Source: Candidatus Marinacidobacterium sp. (GTDB lineage: Bacteria > Acidobacteriota > Vicinamibacteria > Marinacidobacterales > Marinacidobacteraceae). Taken from it: a stretch of DNA of 64,000 bases. The DNA lies in assembly GCA_965204755.1 (NCBI GenBank), contig OZ242011.1:1248001-1312000 (forward strand). The letters run 5' to 3'. How positions within the stretch are numbered: the stretch's first letter is position 1; each line of letters begins with the position of its first letter. Both the position numbers and the translations under genes were made by a program. The notes under the pieces are model-generated. The model was given only the letters and a program-made list of their open reading frames with translations. It had not been told where the DNA came from and did no database searches. This document shows, in pieces, positions 1 through 9,071 of the stretch.

Positions 1-550
1 TCCGGTCCGCGTGAGCGCGGGGCAAACCGCCGGCCCCGTCGCCTTCGCGATGCGCATCGGCCGCACCGGCCGGAGGCCGCCGGACCACGCTCGCGCGGCC
101 GCGAGTCCGGGTTCCTCCATCGCCGGCGGGGCCTCACCCTGCACCGGGGTTCGCGTGAGCGCCACCGCGCCCTACCCGGCCGACGGCCCGCACGCCGCCA
201 GCCAACCGGGCCAACTCCTCGGCGGCGACGCCTGGTTCACCAGCGAGTTGACGATGGAGTGGACGCCGGCGTCGGCCGGCGTCGCCGTCGACTGGACCGG
301 CCTCTATCGCAACTGGCAGTACGAGTTCTTCCTGCAGCGCATCGTGTACATCACGCCCCCCCGCTCGGGTTCGCCCTTCATGGATCTCTCCCTCCCCCGC
401 TGGGACGCGGAACGCGCGGGCGGCGGAGTGCGCCACACCGTGGAGGTCGTCTGGCCCGAGTCCGCGGAAGCCGGGCTCCGCTTCCGCGGCGGCAGTTGCC
501 GCGGCGAGCGCACCGTGGTCTGCACCCGGAACGGCTGCGGCCTCAGGTAG
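1..550 (+). CDS. 3' part of a secreted protein; Cys-rich C-terminal domain paralogous to the C-termini of 1798..2433 and 2430..4037 (5' end lies outside the window)
   Basis: Translation aligns with the C-terminus of 2430..4037: PCTGVRVSA/PCPGIRVRA, PYPADGPH, DWTGLYRNW/DWAGLYRDW, RHTVEVVWPESAEAGLRFR, VCxxxGCGLR-stop. Confidence 0.8.
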   Translation, partial: PVRVSAGQTAGPVAFAMRIGRTGRRPPDHARAAASPGSSIAGGASPCTGVRVSATAPYPADGPHAASQPGQLLGGDAWFTSELTMEWTPASAGVAVDWTGLYRNWQYEFFLQRIVYITPPRSGSPFMDLSLPRWDAERAGGGVRHTVEVVWPESAEAGLRFRGGSCRGERTVVCTRNGCGLR

Positions 551-665
551 CCGGAACCCCGGAGTTCGGTCGGCTTCATGGCGCGCCGACGGGTCGCCGA
601 CCACCATCGGTCGGACGCCGCCGCGCCGGCCGGGGTTCGCCTTGGCGTCGGTAGAGTCCCGCCCA

Positions 666-1801
666 TGCGAGCGGAGGCGTCATCGCCGGGCGGGCGGAGG
701 CGGATCCGCTTCCCCGGCTCGCTTTCATCCCCGCGCCCCGCCACGCGGGCGGCGGCCGCCCTGCTGGCGGCGGCGGTCGGCGCAGGCGCCTTCGGCCCCG
801 CCGAGGCCTACCGCCTCTACGACCATGGCGCGGCGGACTCGGTGGTGACTTCCGCCGAGGCGATCGCCTGGGCGCCGGAAGTCTGGGGCCCCGGCGCGGA
901 ACTCGAGTGGCGGAGGGAAGACCAGCCGGAGTGGGAAGCGGCGTTCGGCTCCGCCGACCGGGCCGGGGCGGTCATCGCAAGGGCCCTGGGCGCCTGGTCC
1001 GCCATTCCCGGCGCCGACATCCGGTGGTCGGAGGCGGCAACGGCGGCGCCGTTCATGGGGCGGTGGAACCGAGACGCCTCGAACCGGGTGTTCTTCTCCG
1101 CCGCCGGGTACGTAGGCGCCGGCGTCTGGTTCTCCCGCAGCCGGACCCGGCAGGTCTGGGAGATCAGCGAATGCGATGTGGCCCTGCCGTCGTCCTTGAC
1201 CCAGGACGGCCGGGATCCCGAGACTCTGGAGTCGCTCGCGATCGAAGCGCTCGCAGAGGCTTTCGGCGCTTGCCTGGGCCTCGGGTCTTCGGCCGAACCG
1301 CCGACCTCGGCGTCGGTCCGCGCGGCGGAACCGGAGACCGACGACCCGACCTCCCGCCTCACCGGTTTCCTGAGCGGCCCCCAAGTCGAGCGTCCGCTCT
1401 GGAGATCCCGATACGACCATGCCGTCGGCGCTTCGCTCCTGCGCCCCCGCGCCGGATGGCTGGAGACCGTCGGCAGCATCTCCGGCGCCCTGGAAGCCGA
1501 GGGGGCGCCGCTGGCCTACGCCCATGTCTGGGCCTTCCCGATCGGGGAAGGCGGTTTGACCGATCCGGTGGGCGCGTTCAGCAATCGCGCCGGCGAGTTC
1601 ATGATCGAGGGCCTGCGGCCCGGCCGCTACCTCCTCTGGGCTCATCCGATCAACGCGGACCTGCACCGGCTGCTCGGCGCCGGCGGCCGGACGGAGGTGA
1701 ACGACACTCTCCGGATGCTCCCGGTCCCGGTGGCTGCCGGGGAAGCGACCGGCGGCATCGTCCTCACGCTCGAACCGAACCGCGCGGCCCCATGGCGATG
1801 A
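666..1801 (+). CDS. Secreted matrixin-like (metzincin-fold) protein with degenerate zinc motif plus carboxypeptidase-regulatory-like domain
   Basis: Signal peptide ending AEA|YRLY. Paralog of the N-terminal two-thirds of 2430..4037 (WGPGA, ECD, AVGASLLRP, GSIxGxL, F.IEGL.PG.YLLWAHP). EAFGACLGLGS replaces HELGHCIGLAH. Start uncertain (578 or 666). Confidence 0.7.
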
Positions 1802-2433
1802 CTGTTCCGATGACCGCCCCGAAACCGCGCCGGGCTTGGCCCGGGCGCCCCGGCGAGGCCTGCTCCCGACGCGGAACCCCCGACGCCGCCGCGCTGCTCG
1901 CCGCGTTCACGATCGCCGCCGGCTCGGCGGGGGCCCTCTCCTGCGGCGGCGAGTCGGGAACCGCCCCGGTCCCGGCCGCCGCCGGCGTCGCCCCGACGAC
2001 CCCGGCGCCGCCGTCGCCGGAACCACCGGCGCCGGAACCCGAACCGCCGCCGCCCGAACCGCCGGCGCTCCTGGGGAGCCCCTGCTACGGCGTCTCGGCG
2101 AGCGCGAACGCGCCCCGGCAGGTGGACGACTGGAATCGCGTGACGGTGGTCCTCGACTGGGACGACGCCGCATTCGCCGAGGGCTTCGAATGGGTCTCTC
2201 CGTACTTCGACTTCTCCCCCGGCAACTACGACGCGCGCGCAGCGCCGCCGGCCCTGGAGATGAGCCTCATGGGATGGGAAACGGCGCCGGTCGCGCCGAC
2301 GGTGACCCGCCACACGCTCGATCTCCTGTGGCCGCCGTTCCGCGAAGTCGGCATGCGGCTTCGTTCCGCCCGGGACGCCTGTCCCCTCCCGCTCCTGGTC
2401 TGCAGCGCCGAGGGCTGCGAACTCCGACCATGA
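1798..2433 (+). CDS. Putative lipoprotein with Pro-rich linker and the Cys-rich C-terminal domain of this family
   Basis: ATGA overlaps at both ends. Hydrophobic stretch followed by ALSC lipobox-like motif, then a PEPP-rich linker. RHTLDLLWP...C...VCSAEGCELRP matches the paralogous C-termini. Confidence 0.7.
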   Translation: MTVPMTAPKPRRAWPGRPGEACSRRGTPDAAALLAAFTIAAGSAGALSCGGESGTAPVPAAAGVAPTTPAPPSPEPPAPEPEPPPPEPPALLGSPCYGVSASANAPRQVDDWNRVTVVLDWDDAAFAEGFEWVSPYFDFSPGNYDARAAPPALEMSLMGWETAPVAPTVTRHTLDLLWPPFREVGMRLRSARDACPLPLLVCSAEGCELRP

Positions 2434-4037
2434 CCCGGGCATTCGCGCACCCTCGCCGGTCGGCGGCGCTCGGTTGGGCGGCGGCGGCGGTCCTGGCCGC
2501 CGGGTCCGCGGAGGCGTACCGGTTCTTCGACTCCCGGGGCGAAGACGCGCCGCTCCGGAGTTGGCGGCTCGTCGGCGCCGACGAGGCGCTCCGCTGGTCG
2601 GCGGCCGCCTGGGGGCCGGGGGCCGCGCTGGTTTGGGAGGTGGCGCCGGATCCGGACTTCGAGGGCCTCTTCGGCGGGGCGTCCGGTGTCCTTCCGCACC
2701 TGCAGCGGGCTCTCGCCTCCTGGTCGGGTCTCCCCTCGACGGACATCACCTGGACCGCCTCCCTCCCCGACGAAGCGAACCACGAGTTCGCGGAGGCGGA
2801 CGGCCGCAACACCTTCTTCCTCGACGCCGAGTCCGGCGCCGGCGGCTACGCCGCGCTTTGGAGCCGGAGGAACGAGGAGGACCTCTGGGAACTCGTCGAA
2901 TGCGACTTCACGCTCGGGAGTTGGGCCGCGCGGCCCCGGCAGGACGCCCGCGACGAGACGCGCCGTCTCGCTTCGGCTGTCGCGACGATCGTCCACGAAC
3001 TCGGCCACTGCATCGGGCTCGCCCACGCCGGCACGCTGTCCCTGCTGGGGCGGCGCGGACAGCCGGTGCTGGGCCACCGGATCCAACCGGTGGAACTCAT
3101 CCATCCCCGGGATCCGGCGATGTCCTACGGCCGCTCCCAGCGGGACCCCGCGGCCGTGCCCGACGACGACGCGGTCGGCGCTTCCCTGCTCCGCCCCGCG
3201 GCCGGCTGGTGGCCGCGAACCGGGTCGATCTACGGGAGGCTCCACACCGACGGCGACCCGGCGCCCTGGGTCCAGGTATGGGCCGCGCCGACCGGAAGCG
3301 ACCATCCGCTCCGTGACCGCGTCGGCGTGTTCACCGACGAACGGGGGCAGTTCCGCCTCGAAGGGCTCCCCCCGGGGGACTACCTGCTCTGGGCGCACCC
3401 GCTGGTGTCAAAGGATGCCCACTTCCTGCTGGGCGCGAACGGCGCGCCGCTCGACCTCGACGACACCGTGCTGGGGCGCCCGGTGCGGGTGCGCGCCGGG
3501 CAGTACGCGACCGGGGTCGAGATCCCGCTGCGCATCGGCCGCGAGAGCCGGCCGCTCCCGGACGCTCCGCCTCCGGCCGGGCCGGCGCCGCTCCTGCCCG
3601 CCGACGGTTGGAGCGTTCCCTGCCCCGGGATCCGCGTCCGCGCCGGGCGCCCCTACCCGGCGGACGGCCCCCACGGCGCGTCCGAGCCGGACCCCGGCAT
3701 CGGCGGCGATGTCTGGTTGACGACCGAGTTGGTCGTCGAGTGGGCGGCGGACGCCGAGGGCGTCGTCTTCGACTGGGCCGGGCTCTATCGGGACTGGCGG
3801 GTGCCCTACTGGCGCCGGAGGCCCATCCGGGAAGCGCCGCCGCGCGCCGGGGCGCCCTACTTCGACCTCGCCATCCCCGAATGGGAGGTGGCGGAAGCCG
3901 GGGAGACCGTCCGCCACACGCTGGTGGTGGACTGGCCGGAATCCGCCGAGGCGGGCCTCCGCTTCCGGTCGGCGTCCGGCGCATGCGGCGACCGCCCGAC
4001 CTTCGTCTGCCGCGCCGACGGCTGCGGCCTCCGGTAA
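2430..4037 (+). CDS. Secreted matrixin-family zinc metalloprotease with carboxypeptidase-regulatory-like and Cys-rich C-terminal domains
   Basis: Signal peptide AEA|YRFF. Metzincin motif HELGHCIGLAH (HExxHxxGxxH) and Met-turn-like PAMSYG. GQFRLEGLPPGDY motif. Confidence 0.8.
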   Translation: MTRAFAHPRRSAALGWAAAAVLAAGSAEAYRFFDSRGEDAPLRSWRLVGADEALRWSAAAWGPGAALVWEVAPDPDFEGLFGGASGVLPHLQRALASWSGLPSTDITWTASLPDEANHEFAEADGRNTFFLDAESGAGGYAALWSRRNEEDLWELVECDFTLGSWAARPRQDARDETRRLASAVATIVHELGHCIGLAHAGTLSLLGRRGQPVLGHRIQPVELIHPRDPAMSYGRSQRDPAAVPDDDAVGASLLRPAAGWWPRTGSIYGRLHTDGDPAPWVQVWAAPTGSDHPLRDRVGVFTDERGQFRLEGLPPGDYLLWAHPLVSKDAHFLLGANGAPLDLDDTVLGRPVRVRAGQYATGVEIPLRIGRESRPLPDAPPPAGPAPLLPADGWSVPCPGIRVRAGRPYPADGPHGASEPDPGIGGDVWLTTELVVEWAADAEGVVFDWAGLYRDWRVPYWRRRPIREAPPRAGAPYFDLAIPEWEVAEAGETVRHTLVVDWPESAEAGLRFRSASGACGDRPTFVCRADGCGLR

Positions 4038-4528
4038 CCGCGAAGACCACGCGCGCGGCCCGCCGGACGGCGAGCCTTCGATCTCGGCGATCCCTCCGGG
4101 GGTCCGCGCCGAATGGCCCGACGCGGCCGGGCGACGGGCGAGTGGTTACGATGCCGGCATGTCGGCGGTACGCCTGCGCAGAGTGGCCGCGGAGGTCGCC
4201 GAGGCGCTGAGGCGCCTCGCCGCCCGGCGCCACCGGTCGTCGCCGGGACGGGCGCTCCGGCTCATCACCGTTCGGACCGGCCGCTCTTCGTCCTGGAGTC
4301 GCGAGGAGATCTACGGCCCCGACGCGCGGTGAAGTCCGGTTCCCGGACGCAGTTGACCGCGACCGACGAATCCCGCGGGTTCGGCGCCGCCCGGCCCCTC
4401 CGGGCGTTCGACGCGCTGCGGCCCTTCGCCGGGCGGGCAGCCCCGCCCCGGCAACTCCCGCGCGGGGCGGAGAGGCGGGGGCGCGGTATTCTCACCGGCC
4501 GCCCCGCGAACGAATCAGGAGACCGGAG

Positions 4529-4978
4529 ATGGCCGCCGCCGAGAAGCCGAAGACCCTCAAGGACATCTGGTCCGAGCACAAACCCGACTTCTACCGGGAT
4601 GTGTATGCGAACCAGATGGAACTCCTGCTCGCGCACCTGAACAGCGAGCGGGCGCGGCAGTTGGCGGCCCGGCGAAAGGCGCGGCTCGGCGGCGGCGAGA
4701 ACGCGCGCCCGCCGGCGGTGTGCATCACCATGACGGCGGAACAGGTGCTCGACCTGCTGGGTCTCAAGGAGGAACAGTGGGAAGTCGTCGCCGACATGCT
4801 CCACGGCCTGAGCGAGTGTTCTCCGGCGGAGGTGCCGGAGGAAGTGAGCCGCGCCCGCTGCTTCCACCCGCTCTCGCTGGTCTCCGCCCCGAAGGATTTC
4901 GGCTCCGGCTCGGACCCGGTCCAGTTCATGGGCGCCGCCCTCGACCCGACCGCCGGCGAGGAGTCCCCGCCGGACTGA
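4529..4978 (+). CDS. Hypothetical protein (149 aa)
   Basis: ATG preceded by AGGAG/GGAG. Protein-like composition and GC3-rich codons. No family recognised. Confidence 0.6.
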   Translation: MAAAEKPKTLKDIWSEHKPDFYRDVYANQMELLLAHLNSERARQLAARRKARLGGGENARPPAVCITMTAEQVLDLLGLKEEQWEVVADMLHGLSECSPAEVPEEVSRARCFHPLSLVSAPKDFGSGSDPVQFMGAALDPTAGEESPPD

Positions 4979-5041
4979 AGCCCCGGATTCGGGCGGGAGC
5001 GCCGGCCCTTCTCCGGGCGGCGCCGGGTCAGGCCCCGGGGG

Positions 5042-5707
5042 TTACCGGGGCCGCTGCGCAGCCAGCCGGCGGACGGCGGTGGCCAAGCCCTCCAGGTCGC
5101 TGATCTGACTGGCCGCGCCGCCGGCCCCCTCCGAGAGCGCGAACCCGGGCAGGATCAACTCCTGCCCGTCGTCCCCCTCGCGGAGGTGGCGCTTTCCGGC
5201 TTCGCCGGCCACGACTCGTGGGAGCCGGCCGCTCTCGCCGGCGAGGAACACCAGCGCCCGCTCCCCCACCGAGAACCGCGGCGAGTGCGTGACCATCAGC
5301 CGCGTGTCACCGACGGTGCCGCCCGGAATCCGGAACCGCACCAGCGACTCGCCGCGGCCCTTGAACCGCCGATCGGTCCGCAGGGTGACCGTCGTGAAGA
5401 TCTGGCGGCGGTCCGGCGTCCAATCGGACCGCATGTCCAGGACTTCCCCGGCGACCACGGTCTGCGCGCGATCGAGGAGTTCCGGCAGGGACGGCGGCGC
5501 GTAGAGGCTCCGCACGCCCTCTCCGGCCACCGGCGCGCCGCCGTGGCGGTGCGGCCCCTGCTGCGCGGGCGGTTCGGCGCCCGACGCCGCGGGGAGCAGG
5601 AGCGCTCCGAAGGCCAGCCCCGCCCCCGCGGCGACCGGCAGAACACCCAAGCGACGGGCCGTGTTCCACGGCGCGGCGAAACGCCGCTCACCAGCGATTC
5701 CAGTCAT
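5042..5707 (-). CDS. Hypothetical secreted protein
   Basis: N-terminal signal peptide. Beta-rich core (VVAGEV...IFTTVTL...IPGGTVG...PRFSVGERALVFL). Confidence 0.65.
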   Translation of the reverse strand: MTGIAGERRFAAPWNTARRLGVLPVAAGAGLAFGALLLPAASGAEPPAQQGPHRHGGAPVAGEGVRSLYAPPSLPELLDRAQTVVAGEVLDMRSDWTPDRRQIFTTVTLRTDRRFKGRGESLVRFRIPGGTVGDTRLMVTHSPRFSVGERALVFLAGESGRLPRVVAGEAGKRHLREGDDGQELILPGFALSEGAGGAASQISDLEGLATAVRRLAAQRPR

Positions 5708-6180
5708 ACCGGCAAGGATACATCGGCGGCCCGCTCCGCGGGCGGCTCTGGGTCCGCCGCCGGCTCTCGGTCCGCCGCGAGGCCCCGCCCGTCGGGAAAG
5801 GTCGAGGGCGGACCGCCGGTCGCGCCGCCGCGCCGCGCGCCGGGCGGCCTTCCTTTCATCGCCGGCGCTCCGCGCGCCCGGGACGCGCCGATGACGCCGG
5901 CGTCCGCCCCGGCAGCCCGTGGAGAATGTCCGGAGAGCCCCTGGTCGGCGCGAAGCGCCGACCAGGGAGGGGTGCCGGGAGGAGGCGGCCCCCCGTGAAA
6001 GATCGCGGGGGAATCGCGCAGCGATTCGCGCCGCCGGCCCGGGGGAAGAGCGCCCCGCCGCGAAACCGAACGCGGACTCGGCGCCCTCGCGTCATGGAGT
6101 GGACGGCGGGGCGAGTGGACGGCGGGGCGCTCTTTCCACGCGCCGCCAAGGCGGGCGCCCCCCTATACTCCGCCCCCACC

Positions 6181-6900
6181 ATGGCCAAGCGATCCAAGAC
6201 CCAGGTCCTCCTGTTCGTCGTTTCCCTCCTTTCGGCGGGTTCGGCGTATGTCCTGTTCCGGCAGTTCGCCGAGAACGAAACGCGGCTCGCGGCCGTCCAC
6301 GCCGCCCGCCTGGAAACCCTCCGCGTCGCGGACGGGCTCCGGCAGACCTCGGACGACCTGACCCGTATGGCGCGGCTGTATTCCGTCACCGGCGACCCGC
6401 GCTACCGCGACTACTTCGAGGAGATCCTCGACATCCGGAGCGGCGACGCCCGCCGTCCGGTGGACTACTTCGGCGTCTATTGGGACTTCGTCCTCGACCG
6501 GGGGGAGCGCCCGCGCCCCTACGGGGAGCGGAAATCGCTGGACGCGCTGGCGCAGGAAGCCGGATTCGCCGACCTGGAGTTCGCGTTGCTGCGCGAGTCG
6601 GAGAGCAACTCCGATGTGCTGGCCGAACTCGAAGCCAGCGCCCTCGAATCGGAGACCCCGGAAGCGCTGGAGGAGGCCCGCGCCCTGCTCCACGGCCCCC
6701 GCTACCACCAGGAGAAGGCCCGCATCATGCGGCCGCTGAACGAGGTGATGGCCGCCGCGGAGAACCGCGCCGCGGAAGAGATCGCCGGCCTCGAAGCGCG
6801 CCGCGAGACGCTCGCCCTGCTCATCACCGTCGCGATCGCCCTCGGCGGTTTCTGCTCCCTCCTCGGCTTCGCCCGGAAGAATGTCTTCGTCGCGGCCTGA
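6181..6900 (+). CDS. Two-TM membrane protein consisting of a stand-alone periplasmic sensor-like domain
   Basis: TM at each end. LRQTSDDLTRMARLYSVTGDPRY...ILDIR.G and SDVLAELE..A...YHQEKARIM.P resemble the periplasmic domain of some MCP/GGDEF/PP2C receptors. TATACT lies upstream of the ATG. Confidence 0.65.
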   Translation: MAKRSKTQVLLFVVSLLSAGSAYVLFRQFAENETRLAAVHAARLETLRVADGLRQTSDDLTRMARLYSVTGDPRYRDYFEEILDIRSGDARRPVDYFGVYWDFVLDRGERPRPYGERKSLDALAQEAGFADLEFALLRESESNSDVLAELEASALESETPEALEEARALLHGPRYHQEKARIMRPLNEVMAAAENRAAEEIAGLEARRETLALLITVAIALGGFCSLLGFARKNVFVAA

Positions 6901-6919
6901 CCGGAAAGAAGGGGAAGTG

Positions 6920-7411
6920 ATGACGAACCGGCCCGGCGCCGCCCTCGCGCTCGCGGCGCTCCTCCCGCTCGGCGCCCTCCCGCTGGGCACCCTGTCGTCG
7001 GCGGGCGCCGCCGCTGTCGACGCCGACGACGACCCCTCCCGCGAAGCCGTGGTCGAAGGCCGCGCCGTCTGCCTTCGGGGCGAGGTCCCCGCGCCGCCCG
7101 CCGAGTGCTCCTACGGCGACCCCTTCGCCATCGAGTCCCCCGACGGGACGCTCCACCGCCTGAACCCCGACGACCCGCGCGTCGAGATCCTCACCGACGA
7201 CCGCGTGACCCGCCACCCCCTCCGCGTCACGCTCTGGAACGAAGACGGCCTCGGCAACATCCTCCACCTCCACACGATCCAGGACGGCGAGGAGATCGAG
7301 CCCTTCTACTTCTGTTTCACCTGCAACATCACCGCCCACATGCCCGGCCCCTGCTGGTGCTGCCAGCAGGAATTCGAGTTCCACGAACGCCCCGCCGAAC
7401 CCCGGCAGTAA
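6920..7411 (+). CDS. Secreted protein with a C-terminal Cys-cluster (heavy-metal-binding-like) motif
   Basis: Signal peptide. C-terminal YFCFTC...HMPGPCWCC. Confidence 0.65.
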   Translation: MTNRPGAALALAALLPLGALPLGTLSSAGAAAVDADDDPSREAVVEGRAVCLRGEVPAPPAECSYGDPFAIESPDGTLHRLNPDDPRVEILTDDRVTRHPLRVTLWNEDGLGNILHLHTIQDGEEIEPFYFCFTCNITAHMPGPCWCCQQEFEFHERPAEPRQ

Positions 7412-7484
7412 ACCCCCACCCGGCGGGGTAGAGCCCTGCTTCGGGGAGTCGCCGCGGCCAGAGCGCGGCCGAGGGAAAGCGGCT

Positions 7485-8495
7485 TTGCGACCACGCGGTT
7501 GCTCTACTCCCGCGGCTCCGCATGCCGCGGCCCGCGTCGAGAGCGCGTCGGACGCACGGGAACCGGCGGACGACATCGGAAGCGCGCGGCCGCCGCATCC
7601 GTTTCCCTACCAAGGGAGCAAGCGCGCCATCGCCGACCACATCCTCCTCTACCTGCCTGCCGGCGCCGGGCGATTGGTCGAGCCCTTCGCCGGGTCTGCG
7701 GCCGTGTCGCTCGCGGCGGCTGTCCGCCGGCGCGCGGGGCGATTCTGGCTGAACGACAGCAACGGGCCGCTCATGGCGCTGTGGGCCGAGATTCTGGAGC
7801 GCCCCGAGGCGCTGGCCCTGAACTACGCCCGGTTGTGGCGGGAGCAAAGTGCGGACCGGAAGGCGTTCTTCTTTCGTACCCGGGGGCAGTTCAACCGCAC
7901 CCGCGAGCCCCACCTCCTTCTCTACCTGCTGGCAAGAATCGTCAAGGGCGCCGTGCGCTACAACGCGGAAGGTCGCCTCAACCAGAGTCCGGACAATCGG
8001 CGCTTCGGGATGCACCCGGACACCATGCGCCGACAGTTGCTGCGGGTCTCCGAACTGATGGCGAATCGCACCGAGATCACGGCGATCGACTTCCGAGAGG
8101 TCGTGACGGATGCAACCGACGACGATGTGCTCTACTTGGATCCTCCCTATCAGGGCACTTCGCTCACCCGCGACCACCGGTACTCGGGCGGGCTGTCCTG
8201 CGCCGATCTCGTGGAGGCGCTGGAACTGATGAACGACGCCGGGCAGTCCTACATCGTCAGTTATGACGGGCGCACCGGTACGAAGTCACATGGTCGGCCA
8301 CTGCCCGATCGGTTGCGCTTGCGGCGGCTGTTCCTCCATGCGGGCAGATCGAGCCAGGCCACGCTGCTCGGCAGAATTCGCGAGACCGTCGAGTCCCTGT
8401 ACCTGTCGGAGTCCTTGATCGAGCGTCTGCGCGACTCGAAGCCTGCCGCCGATGGCGCGAGCGCGAAACCGATGAAGTTGCCTTTCGCCGGATGA
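7485..8495 (+). CDS. DNA adenine methyltransferase (Dam/D12 class, alpha group)
   Basis: PFPYQGSKR, SAM-binding motif I VEPFAGSA, catalytic motif IV YLDPPY, VSYD. Start codon uncertain. Confidence 0.9.
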   Translation: MRPRGCSTPAAPHAAARVESASDAREPADDIGSARPPHPFPYQGSKRAIADHILLYLPAGAGRLVEPFAGSAAVSLAAAVRRRAGRFWLNDSNGPLMALWAEILERPEALALNYARLWREQSADRKAFFFRTRGQFNRTREPHLLLYLLARIVKGAVRYNAEGRLNQSPDNRRFGMHPDTMRRQLLRVSELMANRTEITAIDFREVVTDATDDDVLYLDPPYQGTSLTRDHRYSGGLSCADLVEALELMNDAGQSYIVSYDGRTGTKSHGRPLPDRLRLRRLFLHAGRSSQATLLGRIRETVESLYLSESLIERLRDSKPAADGASAKPMKLPFAG

Positions 8496-8535
8496 GATCG
8501 CCGATGACCCGGTCCCACGCCCGACCGGCGCCGCG

Positions 8536-8961
8536 TCAGCGATCCGCCTCCCCCAAGAACGCCGCAACCCGGCGGGCCGTCCCCTCGGGATCGGCCAACT
8601 CACATTCCCACAGCGTGAGTACCCGCCACCCGTCCCCTCCGAGGCGCACGAGGTGCTCCCGGTCTCGCTCCCGAGTGCGGCGGAGTTTCGGGAGCCAGTA
8701 GGCCCGATTGGACTTCGGCAGTCCGGCGATCCGGCAGTTCGGGTCGGCGTGCCAGTGCCAGAAACACCCGTTCACGAAGATCACCGATCGAAGACGGGGG
8801 AGGACCAAATCCGGCTTCCCCGGAAGACTCTTCCGGTGAAGTCGAAAGCGGTACCCCATCCGGTGGACCAGCGACCGGACGACCATCTCCGGCGCCATCC
8901 CTTCCGACCGAATCCGCGACATGCACCGCGACCGATCCTCGCGGCTCAGGTTGTCGGTCAC
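8536..8961 (-). CDS. vsr: Very short patch repair endonuclease
   Basis: D...RSRCMSRIRS, PE..VRS, RFRLH...LPGKPDLVL, IFVNGCFWH.H, YW.PK, GWRVLTLWECE. Confidence 0.93.
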   Translation of the reverse strand: MTDNLSREDRSRCMSRIRSEGMAPEMVVRSLVHRMGYRFRLHRKSLPGKPDLVLPRLRSVIFVNGCFWHWHADPNCRIAGLPKSNRAYWLPKLRRTRERDREHLVRLGGDGWRVLTLWECELADPEGTARRVAAFLGEADR

Positions 8962-9071
8962 CTCCCCTTTCGCGCCACCCCTTCCAGCGCCGCCTCCGCT
9001 TCCTCCTCCAGCAGCCGGCGGAGGCGCGGTTCGGAGAGAGCATCGAGCAGGACGACGCCGCCCCGGCGATT
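8787..9071. repeat. 285-bp direct repeat, left copy (target-site duplication of the IS)
   Basis: Appears identical by eye to 10984..11268. Directly abuts the left terminal inverted repeat. Confidence 0.92.
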
